A stretch of 54,030 bases of DNA, taken from the NCBI GenBank assembly GCA_964619725.1, contig CAZUFC010000054.1, forward strand, positions 1-54,030, in the 5' to 3' direction. Source of the stretch: an uncultured bacterium (lineage in GTDB: Bacteria; CSSED10-310; CAZUFC01). A model generated the notes under the pieces. That model made no database searches, was not told the origin of the DNA, and was given only the letters and a program-made list of their open reading frames with translations. Positions 18,076 through 28,218 of this stretch are shown here, piece by piece (position 1 is the stretch's first letter; every line of letters starts with the position of its first letter). Made by a program: the position numbers and the translations under genes.

Positions 18076-19164
18076 TTATTCCTCCGTTTTCTGCTGAATT
18101 TCCGATGCGACATTGATCGATTCTTCGTCAACCAGGTCCCGTTGCCCCGAAACGATAAGCCTGTCACCGAATTCCAATCCCTCAGCTATCAAAGCCTGTC
18201 CATCGGCCGTAACTTCAATCTTGATTTCACGTAATTTCGCTTTGCCCTCTTCCACAATGAAAACCACGTTCTTGTCGGCCCTTTCCACAATAGACGTCTG
18301 AGGAATAACCACCGCATCCTCATATTGTTTCCGCAATAATTTAACCCGGGCTATCAAACCCGTTCGAATTACGCCATCGGGATTATCCAACTTCAATTCC
18401 AGAGGAAAAGTATGGCTTCTTTCATCCGCACTCGGCGAAACATATGTGATCTCCCCCTCAAAAACGCCTTCCTCAAGCATATCAAAGATGATTTCCACTT
18501 TCTCGCCTTCTTCAAAATAAATAATGTCCTTTTCAGGAATACCTACAGAAATTTTAATTTTATCCATTTGCTCGATATCAGCTATTCCGGCTCCGGGTGG
18601 AGCAAATTCTCCCAATTCAAAATACTTCTCTACAATGATACCCGAAATAGGGGCATCCACGCGGGAACGATCCAACGCTACTTTTGCCTGTTTCAGGCGA
18701 GCCCTGGCCGATTCGAATGCAGCTACAGCCGAATTGTAATCCCGTTCGGTTATCGCATTAGCGGCATAAAGCTTTTGAGCCCTCTGATAATTCGATTCCT
18801 GGAGATCATAGTTCGCTTTCGCCTCGGAATATTGCGCATCCTGCAGCTCGGAATCGATGTCCGCCAATCTGTCGCCTTTTTGGACATCGTCTCCCTTTTC
18901 AAAATATATCTTTTCTACTACTCCTCCAGATTGAGCGGCAACGGTCACATGCTTCCATGGCTCCGAATTTCCTGTTAATTCAAGATAATCATTTATCGTT
19001 CGCGGTCCCAGAACAATCGTCTTTACATTCGGTTTTTTGAAGGTTACGGGCGAAGGTTTTTCTGAGGAAACGGGCTTGGAGCCGCATCCGCCCATCATCG
19101 TCAGAATACAACACGTCAATGTCAGACTAAATATTTCAAACAGTATTCTATTTCTCGCTCTCAT
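18076..19164 (-). CDS. RND membrane-fusion (periplasmic adaptor) lipoprotein
   Basis: Lipobox-like MGGC, GVVEKIYFEKGDDV and APISG. It lies between the TolC and AcrB genes. Confidence 0.93.
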   Translation of the reverse strand: MRARNRILFEIFSLTLTCCILTMMGGCGSKPVSSEKPSPVTFKKPNVKTIVLGPRTINDYLELTGNSEPWKHVTVAAQSGGVVEKIYFEKGDDVQKGDRLADIDSELQDAQYSEAKANYDLQESNYQRAQKLYAANAITERDYNSAVAAFESARARLKQAKVALDRSRVDAPISGIIVEKYFELGEFAPPGAGIADIEQMDKIKISVGIPEKDIIYFEEGEKVEIIFDMLEEGVFEGEITYVSPSADERSHTFPLELKLDNPDGVIRTGLIARVKLLRKQYEDAVVIPQTSIVERADKNVVFIVEEGKAKLREIKIEVTADGQALIAEGLEFGDRLIVSGQRDLVDEESINVASEIQQKTEE

Positions 19165-20584
19165 TCAGATTATTCTCCTCGTTGGAAATTTTTTGAGGAA
19201 ATGCAGCCGTATCCAAAGATTCCAAAGGCCCTAATCCCAGGGCAACAGCCAACTCAGCCGTTGCGAGCTGCAGATCGAACATCGCTTTTGCATATCCCAA
19301 TTCCGCACTTCTTTCGCCCCTGATGGCTTCCAGAACTTCAAGATAGGTCGCAGCGCCCAGGTTGAACATCTCGTCCGCAATACGCCTGGCCTCCCTGGCC
19401 GTCCTGACCGCAGTCCGGGCCGCTTCAACGCTCTGGTCCGACTTTATTCGCTCATCAATCGCAGTTTTGACTTCAAGCTCTATTCCATCTTTCAAGCGGT
19501 TAATTCCCAATTCCTGTTGCCTGTATCGCGACTCGACCTGTTTAACCCGACCTGAAGTGCGAAATCCGTTAAATAAAGGAAAACTCATATTTATGGCCGC
19601 GCTCCAGGAACGATAATCCGGATCCCCCAGATTAGTCTCATCAGCCGCTACGTAACCATATTCGCTGTTTAAATATACAGAGGGCCTCAAAACTGATTTT
19701 TTAACAGCACGGTCCAGCTCCAGCAATGCCAGAATCAGCTCCTGATCCTTTAATTCAGGTCTGTTCTCGAAGGCGAATTTCCTGCAATCGCAAAAATTCA
19801 ACTGCAAGTGTGATTCAGTAGTGTCCAATTCAACAGGAGCCGTTTCCCAGGTGGTCTCCAGCGGCAACGACAGCAGCGCGTTCAAATTCGCCTGCGTCAG
19901 CGAAACTGAATTCCTGGCCGCTATCAGCTCCGGTTTCATCGATTCCAGGGCAGTCCTGGCGCTCAGCAATTCCAATCTGGTTGCCGCCCCCAGCTCATAA
20001 CTTTTTTGCGTCTTGCTGTAAAATTCCTCCTGCCGAGCCAACACTGCCTTGTTGACCCGCAGCGTCTCCTCTGCCAGTCCCACTGATAAATACGCCCTGG
20101 TTATGGATAATGCCGTTTCATGCTCTGTCCTGTTCAACTGATGGGAAACCCTTCTCTTTTGTATCTTCGCCGCTTCAATCGCATTTCCCACCCGTCCCCA
20201 GGAAAACAATGTCTGAGATAACCCTAAAGTAGTCTGATATAAATTCTGCGGGTCAATTGAAAATTCAAATCCCGGCATATCCTGGAAATCCTCAAATGCA
20301 TCGCTGTTCAGCACGCTCGGGTCCCTGTAACGTAATGCCGAAGCATTTAACGTCAATGCCGGCAAGGCATCCGCTCGCGCTTCACGATAATACTGAGCAA
20401 ACTCAAAAAGAGCTTCTCGCGCTATTAAAACCTGCGGGTTCTGCTCCAGTCCCAGCGCTACTGTCTGTTCTAGATTCAAATTCTTGTCCGCTGCCGACAG
20501 ATCATGCTGAGCGACGGCGACGATCAACGCAATTATAACCGGACATAACACCTGAATTCTTAAGGTCTTTTTGAAAAATCGCAC
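19148..20584 (-). CDS. TolC-family outer membrane efflux protein
   Basis: Signal peptide, repeated YELGAATRLELL / FNLGAATYLEVL helices and FPLFNG. Confidence 0.92.
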   Translation of the reverse strand: MRFFKKTLRIQVLCPVIIALIVAVAQHDLSAADKNLNLEQTVALGLEQNPQVLIAREALFEFAQYYREARADALPALTLNASALRYRDPSVLNSDAFEDFQDMPGFEFSIDPQNLYQTTLGLSQTLFSWGRVGNAIEAAKIQKRRVSHQLNRTEHETALSITRAYLSVGLAEETLRVNKAVLARQEEFYSKTQKSYELGAATRLELLSARTALESMKPELIAARNSVSLTQANLNALLSLPLETTWETAPVELDTTESHLQLNFCDCRKFAFENRPELKDQELILALLELDRAVKKSVLRPSVYLNSEYGYVAADETNLGDPDYRSWSAAINMSFPLFNGFRTSGRVKQVESRYRQQELGINRLKDGIELEVKTAIDERIKSDQSVEAARTAVRTAREARRIADEMFNLGAATYLEVLEAIRGERSAELGYAKAMFDLQLATAELAVALGLGPLESLDTAAFPQKISNEENNLNESEK

Positions 20585-20636
20585 AGTAAATCATACCTCC
20601 AACCGGCAACCTTTATAGGCAACCCGCCTCAGTCTG

Positions 20637-22454
20637 TCAAGGAAAATTAGTCGCCTGCAATTCGTCTCCAGGAGGAGTTTCACTCGACGACAAGCGATCC
20701 CCCTTTTTAAAATCGTCATGCTGATAAGACGTTACGCGCACGACCTCTTCAAGAGTCGTTACGCCTTGCAATATTCTTTCAAAACCTCTATTTATAAGCC
20801 GCTCAAATCCATTTCTAAATGCCAGCTCCTCAATGGTTTCTATTGGCCTCCTCTCAGCGATGGCCCGCTGCATTTTTTTATTCAGAACTAAAATCTCATA
20901 CAGCGCTGTTCGGCCCTTGTATCCCGTGAATTTACAGTTGTCACACCCCAATCCTTTGTAAAACCGCATGTTTTTCCTCTGATTCCCGTCAATCGAAAGA
21001 CGTCTCAACAATTCCGGGTCCGGTACCGATTCCTGCTTGCATTCAGGACAGATGACCCTCACCAGACGCTGAGCGATGATAGCCGCGATTGAAGATGAAA
21101 TCAAATAATCGTCGATCCCCATATCCCTGAGTCGTACGATCGTTTCAGGCGCGCCGAGAGTATGAACCGTACTGATGACGAGGTGCCCCGTAATTGAGGC
21201 GCGCATGGCTATATCAGCCGTTTCCGCATCCCTGATTTCACCCACGACGATTATGTCCGGGTCCTGGCGCAAAATTGACCTTAATCCGTCAGCAAAAGTC
21301 ACTCCGCCCGCTGAACGTATGTTGACGTGGTTTATGCCTTTAAAAGTGTATTCCACGGGGTCTTCCAGAGTGACTATGTTCATCATCGGGTTATTCAGGT
21401 AATTCAAACAGGCATGGATCGTCGAAGTCTTTCCGCTGCCTGTCGGCCCCGTCACCAGTATCATTCCCTGCGGCAGCTTCGCTATCTCCTTCAAAGTCCC
21501 AAGGTGCTTATCGTTGAAACCTAATCGTTCCAATGACAATAATTCGACGTCCTTCTTCAATATACGCAATACCGCTTTTTCACCGAAAACAGTCGGCAAA
21601 GTCGAAACCCGGAAATCAATCGTTTCATCTTCGTACCTCGCCTTTAAATGGCCGTCCTGCGGCTTCCTTCTGACAGATATGTCCATGTTTGATATGACTT
21701 TTATCCTGGAAATGAGCGCCCTGTGTAAACGAACAGGCGGAAAAAAAACGTCGTGAAGCATGCCGTCGATACGGTATCTTACACGCAAAGAATCCTGATG
21801 CGGCTCTATGTGTATATCACCGGCTTTCATCCTGATTGCCTGAAGTATGATAAAATTGACGGAATTTACGATCGGCTTTTCCTCTGCTTCCTCTTTCAAG
21901 TCAATTACCGAAACCTCTTCTTCCTCGCTCTCCTCCCTCTTCTCGCTTTCCCCTATCTGAAGATGCTGGAGCGCCTTCATAAAAATCGTTCCGTCATGCA
22001 GGATGCTTTCCTGGACCTGGTCGGGCTTGTAAAAATAATCAATCAGTTTCTGAATGTTGGATTCAAATGCCAATACAGCCTTTACCCTCGATACGCCCGA
22101 TGCAAATCTTATCTCATCCAATGCGGCAAAATTGTTCGGGTCCGCCATACCCACGTACAACACGTTGTCCTTAAAACTGATCGGCACCGCTTTACACTTT
22201 ACCGCCGTATCCGCGCGCAACATTTTCACGGCAGCAGGATCGATATCCTGAACTCCCAGTTCTCGTGAACGTATTCCTTTCTGACTTTCCAGTAAATCAA
22301 GAAGTTCATCGGGGTCAATGAAATTCTGCTTCAATAATATTGACCCCAATCGTCCCCCTACCTCCTGCTGAATCCTTAATGCCGTCTCCAGTTGTTCCTG
22401 AGTTATAATTCCCTTTTCTATAAGCAATTCGCCTATCTTTTTTCTTTTTTCCAT
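20637..22454 (-). CDS. PilB/GspE-family secretion ATPase with N-terminal MshEN-like motif
   Basis: KIGELLIEKGIITQEQLETAL..Q...RLGSILL, Walker A GPTGSGKT, TLEDPVE, LRQDPDIIVVGEIRD and Zn-binding CPEC/CDNC. Start probably ATG 22454. Confidence 0.92.
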   Translation of the reverse strand: MEKRKKIGELLIEKGIITQEQLETALRIQQEVGGRLGSILLKQNFIDPDELLDLLESQKGIRSRELGVQDIDPAAVKMLRADTAVKCKAVPISFKDNVLYVGMADPNNFAALDEIRFASGVSRVKAVLAFESNIQKLIDYFYKPDQVQESILHDGTIFMKALQHLQIGESEKREESEEEEVSVIDLKEEAEEKPIVNSVNFIILQAIRMKAGDIHIEPHQDSLRVRYRIDGMLHDVFFPPVRLHRALISRIKVISNMDISVRRKPQDGHLKARYEDETIDFRVSTLPTVFGEKAVLRILKKDVELLSLERLGFNDKHLGTLKEIAKLPQGMILVTGPTGSGKTSTIHACLNYLNNPMMNIVTLEDPVEYTFKGINHVNIRSAGGVTFADGLRSILRQDPDIIVVGEIRDAETADIAMRASITGHLVISTVHTLGAPETIVRLRDMGIDDYLISSSIAAIIAQRLVRVICPECKQESVPDPELLRRLSIDGNQRKNMRFYKGLGCDNCKFTGYKGRTALYEILVLNKKMQRAIAERRPIETIEELAFRNGFERLINRGFERILQGVTTLEEVVRVTSYQHDDFKKGDRLSSSETPPGDELQATNFP

Positions 22455-22908
22455 AACTAAAATTCCCGATATTCGCTCACACTTTTTCACATGTTTTATT
22501 CTTAATGAATGGCGTGCTAATCAAACTGCAGATTAAATTTTTCTGAATTAAATAAAAGGCGTGACGACTGCTCAGCGCCCCATTCCCCTTGCATGATGCC
22601 GCAGCCAACGCTTCTCGTTCACACTTTCAATATATTGTTTTCATTTCATCATGTCAAAATCCCTTATCGCTCCCTGTCCCCCTCAGGCACATCAGCTTAA
22701 AAATATGTTTACGGACAGAGATTTGCCGAATAAATTTCATCCAAGCGTTAACGCTCAATTCGATTTCACTTACATCTCCGCCTGAACTCGATCCTTCGAT
22801 GTCCCTCTTCGACTTTCGGACTAAGTTCGCTCCCCCCTTGCGTTCATTGCCCTGCCCCTCTTTACATTCCGGCACAAGATTGGTAGCTTTGTCTGTGAGG
22901 AGGAGCGG

Positions 22909-24165
22909 ATGTTCAAGACTTTCTTTTCAGCATCGGCATTGACTATGATCAGTTTAATTTCTTTTACCGCACAGACCGTCATTTTTCCCATCCCGGAAGA
23001 AACCGTCAAACAACACTTTTATAATGATGAATTAGCCGAAGAACTTCAGAACAAAGTGAATCTGGCCGAAGAAAAACTCGACACAATACATGAAAAACTG
23101 TCCCGACTGCCCGGATATGAAAAACCCCCCGCTTACACCCATGCAAAATACAAAAAATCCTACGAATTGGAACAAGTCAGGGAATGGCTGGAATACGGAT
23201 GGGTCAAAACCAACGAATTCGGATGGCCTATCCTGAAAGAAAAAATTAATGACACACTGCCCGGCTGGCTGGATGATTTCAAAAACCAGGTCGAGGAAAC
23301 TTTGAAAAAATTTCCCGACGGTAATGTTCCGCCGGATGAATTAAAAAAATTAATCGATACGGAAGAAGATATTTCAGATTTCATTTCAGTTCAGAAACAC
23401 TATATCGTCAGGACGAACAAATGGGATAAATGGTGCAGGAAAGGACCCTGGCTCATGGAAGACTCTCCTCCGCAAAAGCTTAAAGAAGAAATCGACATTC
23501 TTGAAGCCTATCTCAGAGGCGAAACGGATTCCATGGTCATTCTTGACAAACTTTTTCAGGGAAGGCAACCCGGTTTCGAATGCGATGAGGAATTCGTCAA
23601 GGCCTGCCTGGAAGACAAAAAAACCGTTTATGAATGGTACCATGAATACCGCCTGCAGCGGAAAAAAGGCATGGACCTGCAATTGACCCCAGAAGGCTAT
23701 GTTTTTAAGCTTCATATCGATATTTTCGGCCAGGGAGCAAGACAAGAAACGGCCGATATCCTGAAAAACGGATTGGAACGCTTCTGGAAAGGCGCCGTTT
23801 ATGCTGTTCCTTTTAAAACCGTCGCCGATATCAGAATTTTGCAGGCCGAGGATTCTCCTTCCGAACAAAGAGTTCAAATACGTATAGGAGCAGAAAACGA
23901 TGATGAAATTTGGCCGTCTGATACTGAATTGCCCTATAATCTGGACGAAGAAACAGCAGCCCATGAATTCGGTCATAACATCGGGTTCCGCGACTATTAC
24001 CGCGATGTGTATGATTTCGAAAAGCAAACCTACAAAACATATCAATGGGACATTTTCAGTCTTATGTCCGCTCAAAACGGCCCATGTCCCATCGTCACTC
24101 ACAAAGAATTGGCCGCCATAGTCGATGCATATGCCCAAAATGAAAAATCTCCGAAAAAAAACTGA
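22909..24165 (+). CDS. Putative secreted zinc metalloprotease-like protein
   Basis: GGAGGAG RBS, signal-like N-terminus, HExxH motif AAHEFGHNIGFRDYY and a downstream SLMS (Met-turn-like). Confidence 0.6.
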   Translation: MFKTFFSASALTMISLISFTAQTVIFPIPEETVKQHFYNDELAEELQNKVNLAEEKLDTIHEKLSRLPGYEKPPAYTHAKYKKSYELEQVREWLEYGWVKTNEFGWPILKEKINDTLPGWLDDFKNQVEETLKKFPDGNVPPDELKKLIDTEEDISDFISVQKHYIVRTNKWDKWCRKGPWLMEDSPPQKLKEEIDILEAYLRGETDSMVILDKLFQGRQPGFECDEEFVKACLEDKKTVYEWYHEYRLQRKKGMDLQLTPEGYVFKLHIDIFGQGARQETADILKNGLERFWKGAVYAVPFKTVADIRILQAEDSPSEQRVQIRIGAENDDEIWPSDTELPYNLDEETAAHEFGHNIGFRDYYRDVYDFEKQTYKTYQWDIFSLMSAQNGPCPIVTHKELAAIVDAYAQNEKSPKKN

Positions 24166-24229
24166 TTATCGCGCAACTTGCCGGCAGTCTCGACCGATAA
24201 CATATTGAGAGCGTTCTTGACGGAAGGAG

Positions 24230-24760
24230 ATGATCATGAGCGACATCAAAATCGGAAACGATCGAATGGGCCGAATAAACGAAAATAACGCCGCAGGTAT
24301 TAATGATATTAAATCAGGCGTTAAAGAAGCCGCCAGGAATATCGACACAATTTCTTCGGAAACTCGCGATTTTTTCTTTTCATTGAAAAACCCCGAAAAA
24401 ATAAGCGAACAGAACAACCATTTCGATTCAGCGCTTTTTAATGACGCCTCACGAAATTTTAAAATCCCGGCGCCTTCATCTGAAACTCTCGCCGACTTCG
24501 ATTCCCGTAAGCCGACATCCGGCATAACCGAAAATACTAAAAGCAGAATTAAGGAATTTTCAAAGCTTATTCAAGATAAACCGGAATTATTAAAAAACAT
24601 GATGGAAAATTCCGGCCATGCGTCGACAGAGAGGCGGGAGCAATTAGAAGAAAAAATCGGACTGGTTGAAAGGTCCGTCAATGCCCTGGAACTTTTCGAC
24701 AAGCTGACGTCGAAATCAGCCGCTCATTTCAGGAAAGCGCCGGGAAGCGAAATGCCCTGA
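24230..24760 (+). CDS. Hypothetical protein
   Basis: 176-aa ORF with a GGAAGGAG RBS (start 24230 or 24236). No recognisable motif. Confidence 0.6.
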   Translation: MIMSDIKIGNDRMGRINENNAAGINDIKSGVKEAARNIDTISSETRDFFFSLKNPEKISEQNNHFDSALFNDASRNFKIPAPSSETLADFDSRKPTSGITENTKSRIKEFSKLIQDKPELLKNMMENSGHASTERREQLEEKIGLVERSVNALELFDKLTSKSAAHFRKAPGSEMP

Positions 24761-25038
24761 ACAAATTCGCCGTCCTGACGGATAATTCATGTTTTTTCAT
24801 GAATTATAAAGCGCTTTTGAGAACGCTTTCCGTACCGAATTTATTGGGTCTGATCAAATGCTGGTTGAAATTTTTCCGGCGCCTGATCAAATAGAGGTTA
24901 CGATTTTTGCTTATAAGTCAATCTTTTATCTGCGATGATACGAGCTATCCGTAATTTCGTCGAGATGCGAATTGCTTCTAGAAATCGGGGCATTGTAATC
25001 ATAGCCGTTTTTTCTAATCTTCTCTAAAGTTACCAAAG

Positions 25039-25125
25039 TTACTTCCCGGTCTCCTTCTTGTCCTCTTCGATGACGACAGCAGTTCCGTAAGCCAGTAATT
25101 CAGCAGCGCCGGCCATGATCTTCAT
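25039..25125 (-). pseudogene. C-terminal fragment of a YbjQ/UPF0145-family gene
   Basis: Reads MKIMAGAAELLAYGTAVVIEEDKKETGK*. AAELLAYGTAV is the characteristic YbjQ C-terminal motif, and the rest of the gene is missing. Confidence 0.6.
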
Positions 25126-25279
25126 CGAAATCCTTATCGAACGTACGGGATGATCACTGCATTCTTGACTTGTGCCATGGTCTTATTTATTTTGAATCTA
25201 ATTCAGCTTTTTCCCCGAATAATTTTCGGAGAAAGAAACTGTTGATTAAAAGCGTTAAGGTTACGGGAAGGTTGAAGAA

Positions 25280-27862
25280 ATGAATGCAAAATTGAAAAAA
25301 GAGATAAAGGAAAAAGCTTCCGTCCTGTTTTTAGAAAGGCGTCCTGAGGCGAAAGCGCTTTCCGATGATGAACGGAATAATGTGATGTTTGAGATGGCGC
25401 CTGAAGCCCTGTTTTCATTTTTTATTAATCAGTCCACCGATTATCTGAAATTACTGAAACAGTATGACAAAAAGTTTACCGATTCAGATATTGAATGGTT
25501 TCGTTCTTATCGCGCCAAAGCCATGCTTGAACGCGACGAAAAGGGTCGACTGAAAACCTTCATTCCCGATGTGAATTACTTCAAAGCCATTCAGGATCAT
25601 TTCGACCGGGACAAATGCATAGCGGCTTTCGTTCTGGCTTACGAGCTGGCCTACATTGATTATTCTTTTCTCAAAAAAACATTCCCTCCCGATCAAAGAC
25701 AAAAAATGCGCGATACCGCCGCCGATGAAGCGCTGCAATTGCTTAAAAACACATCAGATCAGAACCTGGTCGATCATTATGAAACCATAGGCTGGACATT
25801 CCTGATCCAGGAAGTGACCGACAATCTGTTGAATCTTTTCCAACCTCTTCCAAAAGAAAGTCTCACAACCTGGGGACTCAATATCAAAGACTGGCGCCGG
25901 CTCCTTAATTGTCTTCATCGTTATGAATTATCCGGCAGACTGGATAAAATAGACATTCTTTCCTATTTCCATAAAAATATGTCGCCCCTGAAGTGCCCTC
26001 TGGATGATAATTTCAATCAGTTTGAACATGCCGTTTTTCTGGCTTCCAGAATCGACAGAAATCAGGAAGATGAAGAGTCCCTTTTCTATGCCGTTGAATT
26101 AGGAGATACAGGCTGGATAAAGGAACTGGCGAAAGGCGGAATCGATGTTAATGTTCAGAACAGCGAGGGCCAGACGCCACTGCATGTTGCGGTTATAGAA
26201 CAAAAATTAAACGTTGTGCAAACCCTGCTGCGAGAAGGAGCCGACGTAAATGTTACAACCGCTTCCGGATACTCGCCTCTTCACCTCGCCGCCATGAAAG
26301 ATGACCCCGGAATGATAAATTTTCTCCTTGATAATAAATCACTTATAGCAGCTCAAGACAACCACGGAAATTCTCCTCTGCATCTGGCCGCTGCTCAAGG
26401 CGCCTTCCCAGCCGCCGAAAACCTGATAAAATCCGGCGCTCCTCTGAATCTGAAAAATTCTGAGGGCAAAATTCCTGCGCGACTCGCTAAAGAGAATCGA
26501 CATAAAGATTTGTACCGCTATATATCGACAGAACAAAAATCATCCGGAAAACCGACGACCGAACCTGAAAGCGCCCCTTCCGGCTCTCCCAAAAAAGACA
26601 AGTCGAAAAACCTGAAGGTTCCCGTCAATAGAAAGAAACAAACAGAAAAACCGGCCCTGAAACCAGGCAAGAGCATCAAGACAGAAAAACAAGAAGACGA
26701 AATGAAAAAAGCAAAAGAGAAGATATTTGATCGAAAAACGGAAAAAAACCAGAAAAAAGATAAAAAACAGCCGGCTCTTCCTTTTAAAAATAATGGAAAG
26801 CGGAAATTTAAATCCTTACCCGACGCGCTCATTTCAAAAAAAGAAAACGACAGCCCTACGCTGTATCGGATAATCTATCTCCTTCCCATCATTTTCGGTA
26901 TTGTGATTGCAGTAATTATTCTACCCGAAGGTACTCGCGAACCCGCACCCGTTTTGCCCTCTCCGTCTCCGCATATCGCACAACCAACCGTGAAACCTTC
27001 CATAAAGCGAATAAAGAATTTTATTGAAAACGTAAAACCTGCTCCCGGCCCGCCGCTGACATGGGAGGCTTTGCTTGAAGACGACTCAGTTCCTTTCATG
27101 GTCGAGCAATCTCAAGAAGAAATAAACGAAACGTTGAAAACTATTCACGGGGAATATCCTCATCCGCTTGACCGACTGATGGTTATACTGAAATGGAGAC
27201 TCGGAACCCCCTATGAAAGCGCCTCCCTTGGCGAGGGAACAGGCATCGATCCCGATCCTCTCTTTCGGCTCGATAAAACGGACGGTACAGTGGAAACCCT
27301 GGTCGATTACATCCTGGCCAGAACGCCCGATCTATCTCAAGCCGATGAACTTATGATCGAAACCGGCTATTGGAAACGGGAAAAATATCCGAGGCCTTCT
27401 TTCGAGTCCCGCTATCATTTCACTTCCCACCGCATTTATCATTCTCCCCATTTCTTTCCCCTGAATGAAAAACGCTTCCCAAAGGAGAGCATTAAAAAAA
27501 TAGGGTTAACTCTGAATCAAAAAGAGAACGGCGGTTACCTCCTGGATATTGATTGGAGCCTTGAGCAACTCATTCAATACACCCCGACAGGTTCCATCAA
27601 TCAAAACCTGCTGAATGAATTGCCCAGAGTATGCGGAATTGCTTTCATCAGAGAAAATTACTTCTCCAAAGGACTGGCCGTCGGACATGAAGGATTCCTG
27701 GTACAAGGCAAAATCCTTGTTCATGCTTCATCCGTTTCTAAAAAAGTTATCCAGGAAAATTTTGACGATTATCTCAAACAGGATTCAGGACGACTCAATT
27801 CGGGCGCGCTCTTCTTCGGTTTTAATTTCCCAACCGAGGAAAACAGATCACAAACAAACTGA
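25280..27862 (+). CDS. Ankyrin-repeat / single-TM / DUF1460 (AmiA-like NlpC/P60) protein
   Basis: Ankyrin motifs GQTPLHVA, GYSPLHLA and GNSPLHLA, a Lys-rich linker and TM IIYLLPIIFGIVIAVIIL. Then LGTPY..LGEG.G.DPDPLFRLD, HEGF and VHASS. Confidence 0.8.
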   Translation: MNAKLKKEIKEKASVLFLERRPEAKALSDDERNNVMFEMAPEALFSFFINQSTDYLKLLKQYDKKFTDSDIEWFRSYRAKAMLERDEKGRLKTFIPDVNYFKAIQDHFDRDKCIAAFVLAYELAYIDYSFLKKTFPPDQRQKMRDTAADEALQLLKNTSDQNLVDHYETIGWTFLIQEVTDNLLNLFQPLPKESLTTWGLNIKDWRRLLNCLHRYELSGRLDKIDILSYFHKNMSPLKCPLDDNFNQFEHAVFLASRIDRNQEDEESLFYAVELGDTGWIKELAKGGIDVNVQNSEGQTPLHVAVIEQKLNVVQTLLREGADVNVTTASGYSPLHLAAMKDDPGMINFLLDNKSLIAAQDNHGNSPLHLAAAQGAFPAAENLIKSGAPLNLKNSEGKIPARLAKENRHKDLYRYISTEQKSSGKPTTEPESAPSGSPKKDKSKNLKVPVNRKKQTEKPALKPGKSIKTEKQEDEMKKAKEKIFDRKTEKNQKKDKKQPALPFKNNGKRKFKSLPDALISKKENDSPTLYRIIYLLPIIFGIVIAVIILPEGTREPAPVLPSPSPHIAQPTVKPSIKRIKNFIENVKPAPGPPLTWEALLEDDSVPFMVEQSQEEINETLKTIHGEYPHPLDRLMVILKWRLGTPYESASLGEGTGIDPDPLFRLDKTDGTVETLVDYILARTPDLSQADELMIETGYWKREKYPRPSFESRYHFTSHRIYHSPHFFPLNEKRFPKESIKKIGLTLNQKENGGYLLDIDWSLEQLIQYTPTGSINQNLLNELPRVCGIAFIRENYFSKGLAVGHEGFLVQGKILVHASSVSKKVIQENFDDYLKQDSGRLNSGALFFGFNFPTEENRSQTN

Positions 27863-27916
27863 TGAATTCATGAAATGGCATTTATTTCTTAATGCTTAAG
27901 TCTGGAATAGCCTGAA

Positions 27917-28000
27917 TGCCGAAGGGGGGATTCGAACCCCCACAGGATTTCTCCCACTAGACCCTGAACCTAGCGTGTCTGCCAATTCCACCACTTCGGC
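27917..28000 (-). tRNA. tRNA-Leu(CAG)
   Basis: The reverse complement gccgaagtggtggaattggcagacacgctaggttCAGggtctagt...gttcgaatcc...ttcggca folds as a cloverleaf with a long variable arm. CCA is not encoded. Confidence 0.95.
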
Positions 28001-28055
28001 GTATCCCAGCAGAAATCCGCATCGATTATTATATAGCCGCATGCGGCTTGTCAAG

Positions 28056-28218
28056 TACAAATCGTCAAAAACTCCAGTTCCCGCAGATTCGAGCGTGGCG
28101 GACCGGAGGACCGCGGAATAATAGCTGCGCTTTGTTGAGCAAGGCCCCAGGGAGCAGCGTTTGGAGACGCAGTGATATGGACTTTCGTAACAGTTTTTTT
28201 ATGAGAAAACCGGGCTAA
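28056..28218. mobile_element. MITE-like element, degenerate copy (one terminal repeat eroded)
   Basis: Aligns along its length with the reverse complement of 46083-46267 (ttcccgcagattc..gc.tggcggac.g.aggac.gcggaa...gttgagcaaggcc.cagggagcagcg...gatatggac..tcgtaacag...atgagaaa..cggg.taa). Confidence 0.75.

Noticed and set aside
27917-28218. Integrative element or prophage at tRNA-Leu
   Set aside because: No integrase and no duplicated tRNA 3' end was seen in the window.
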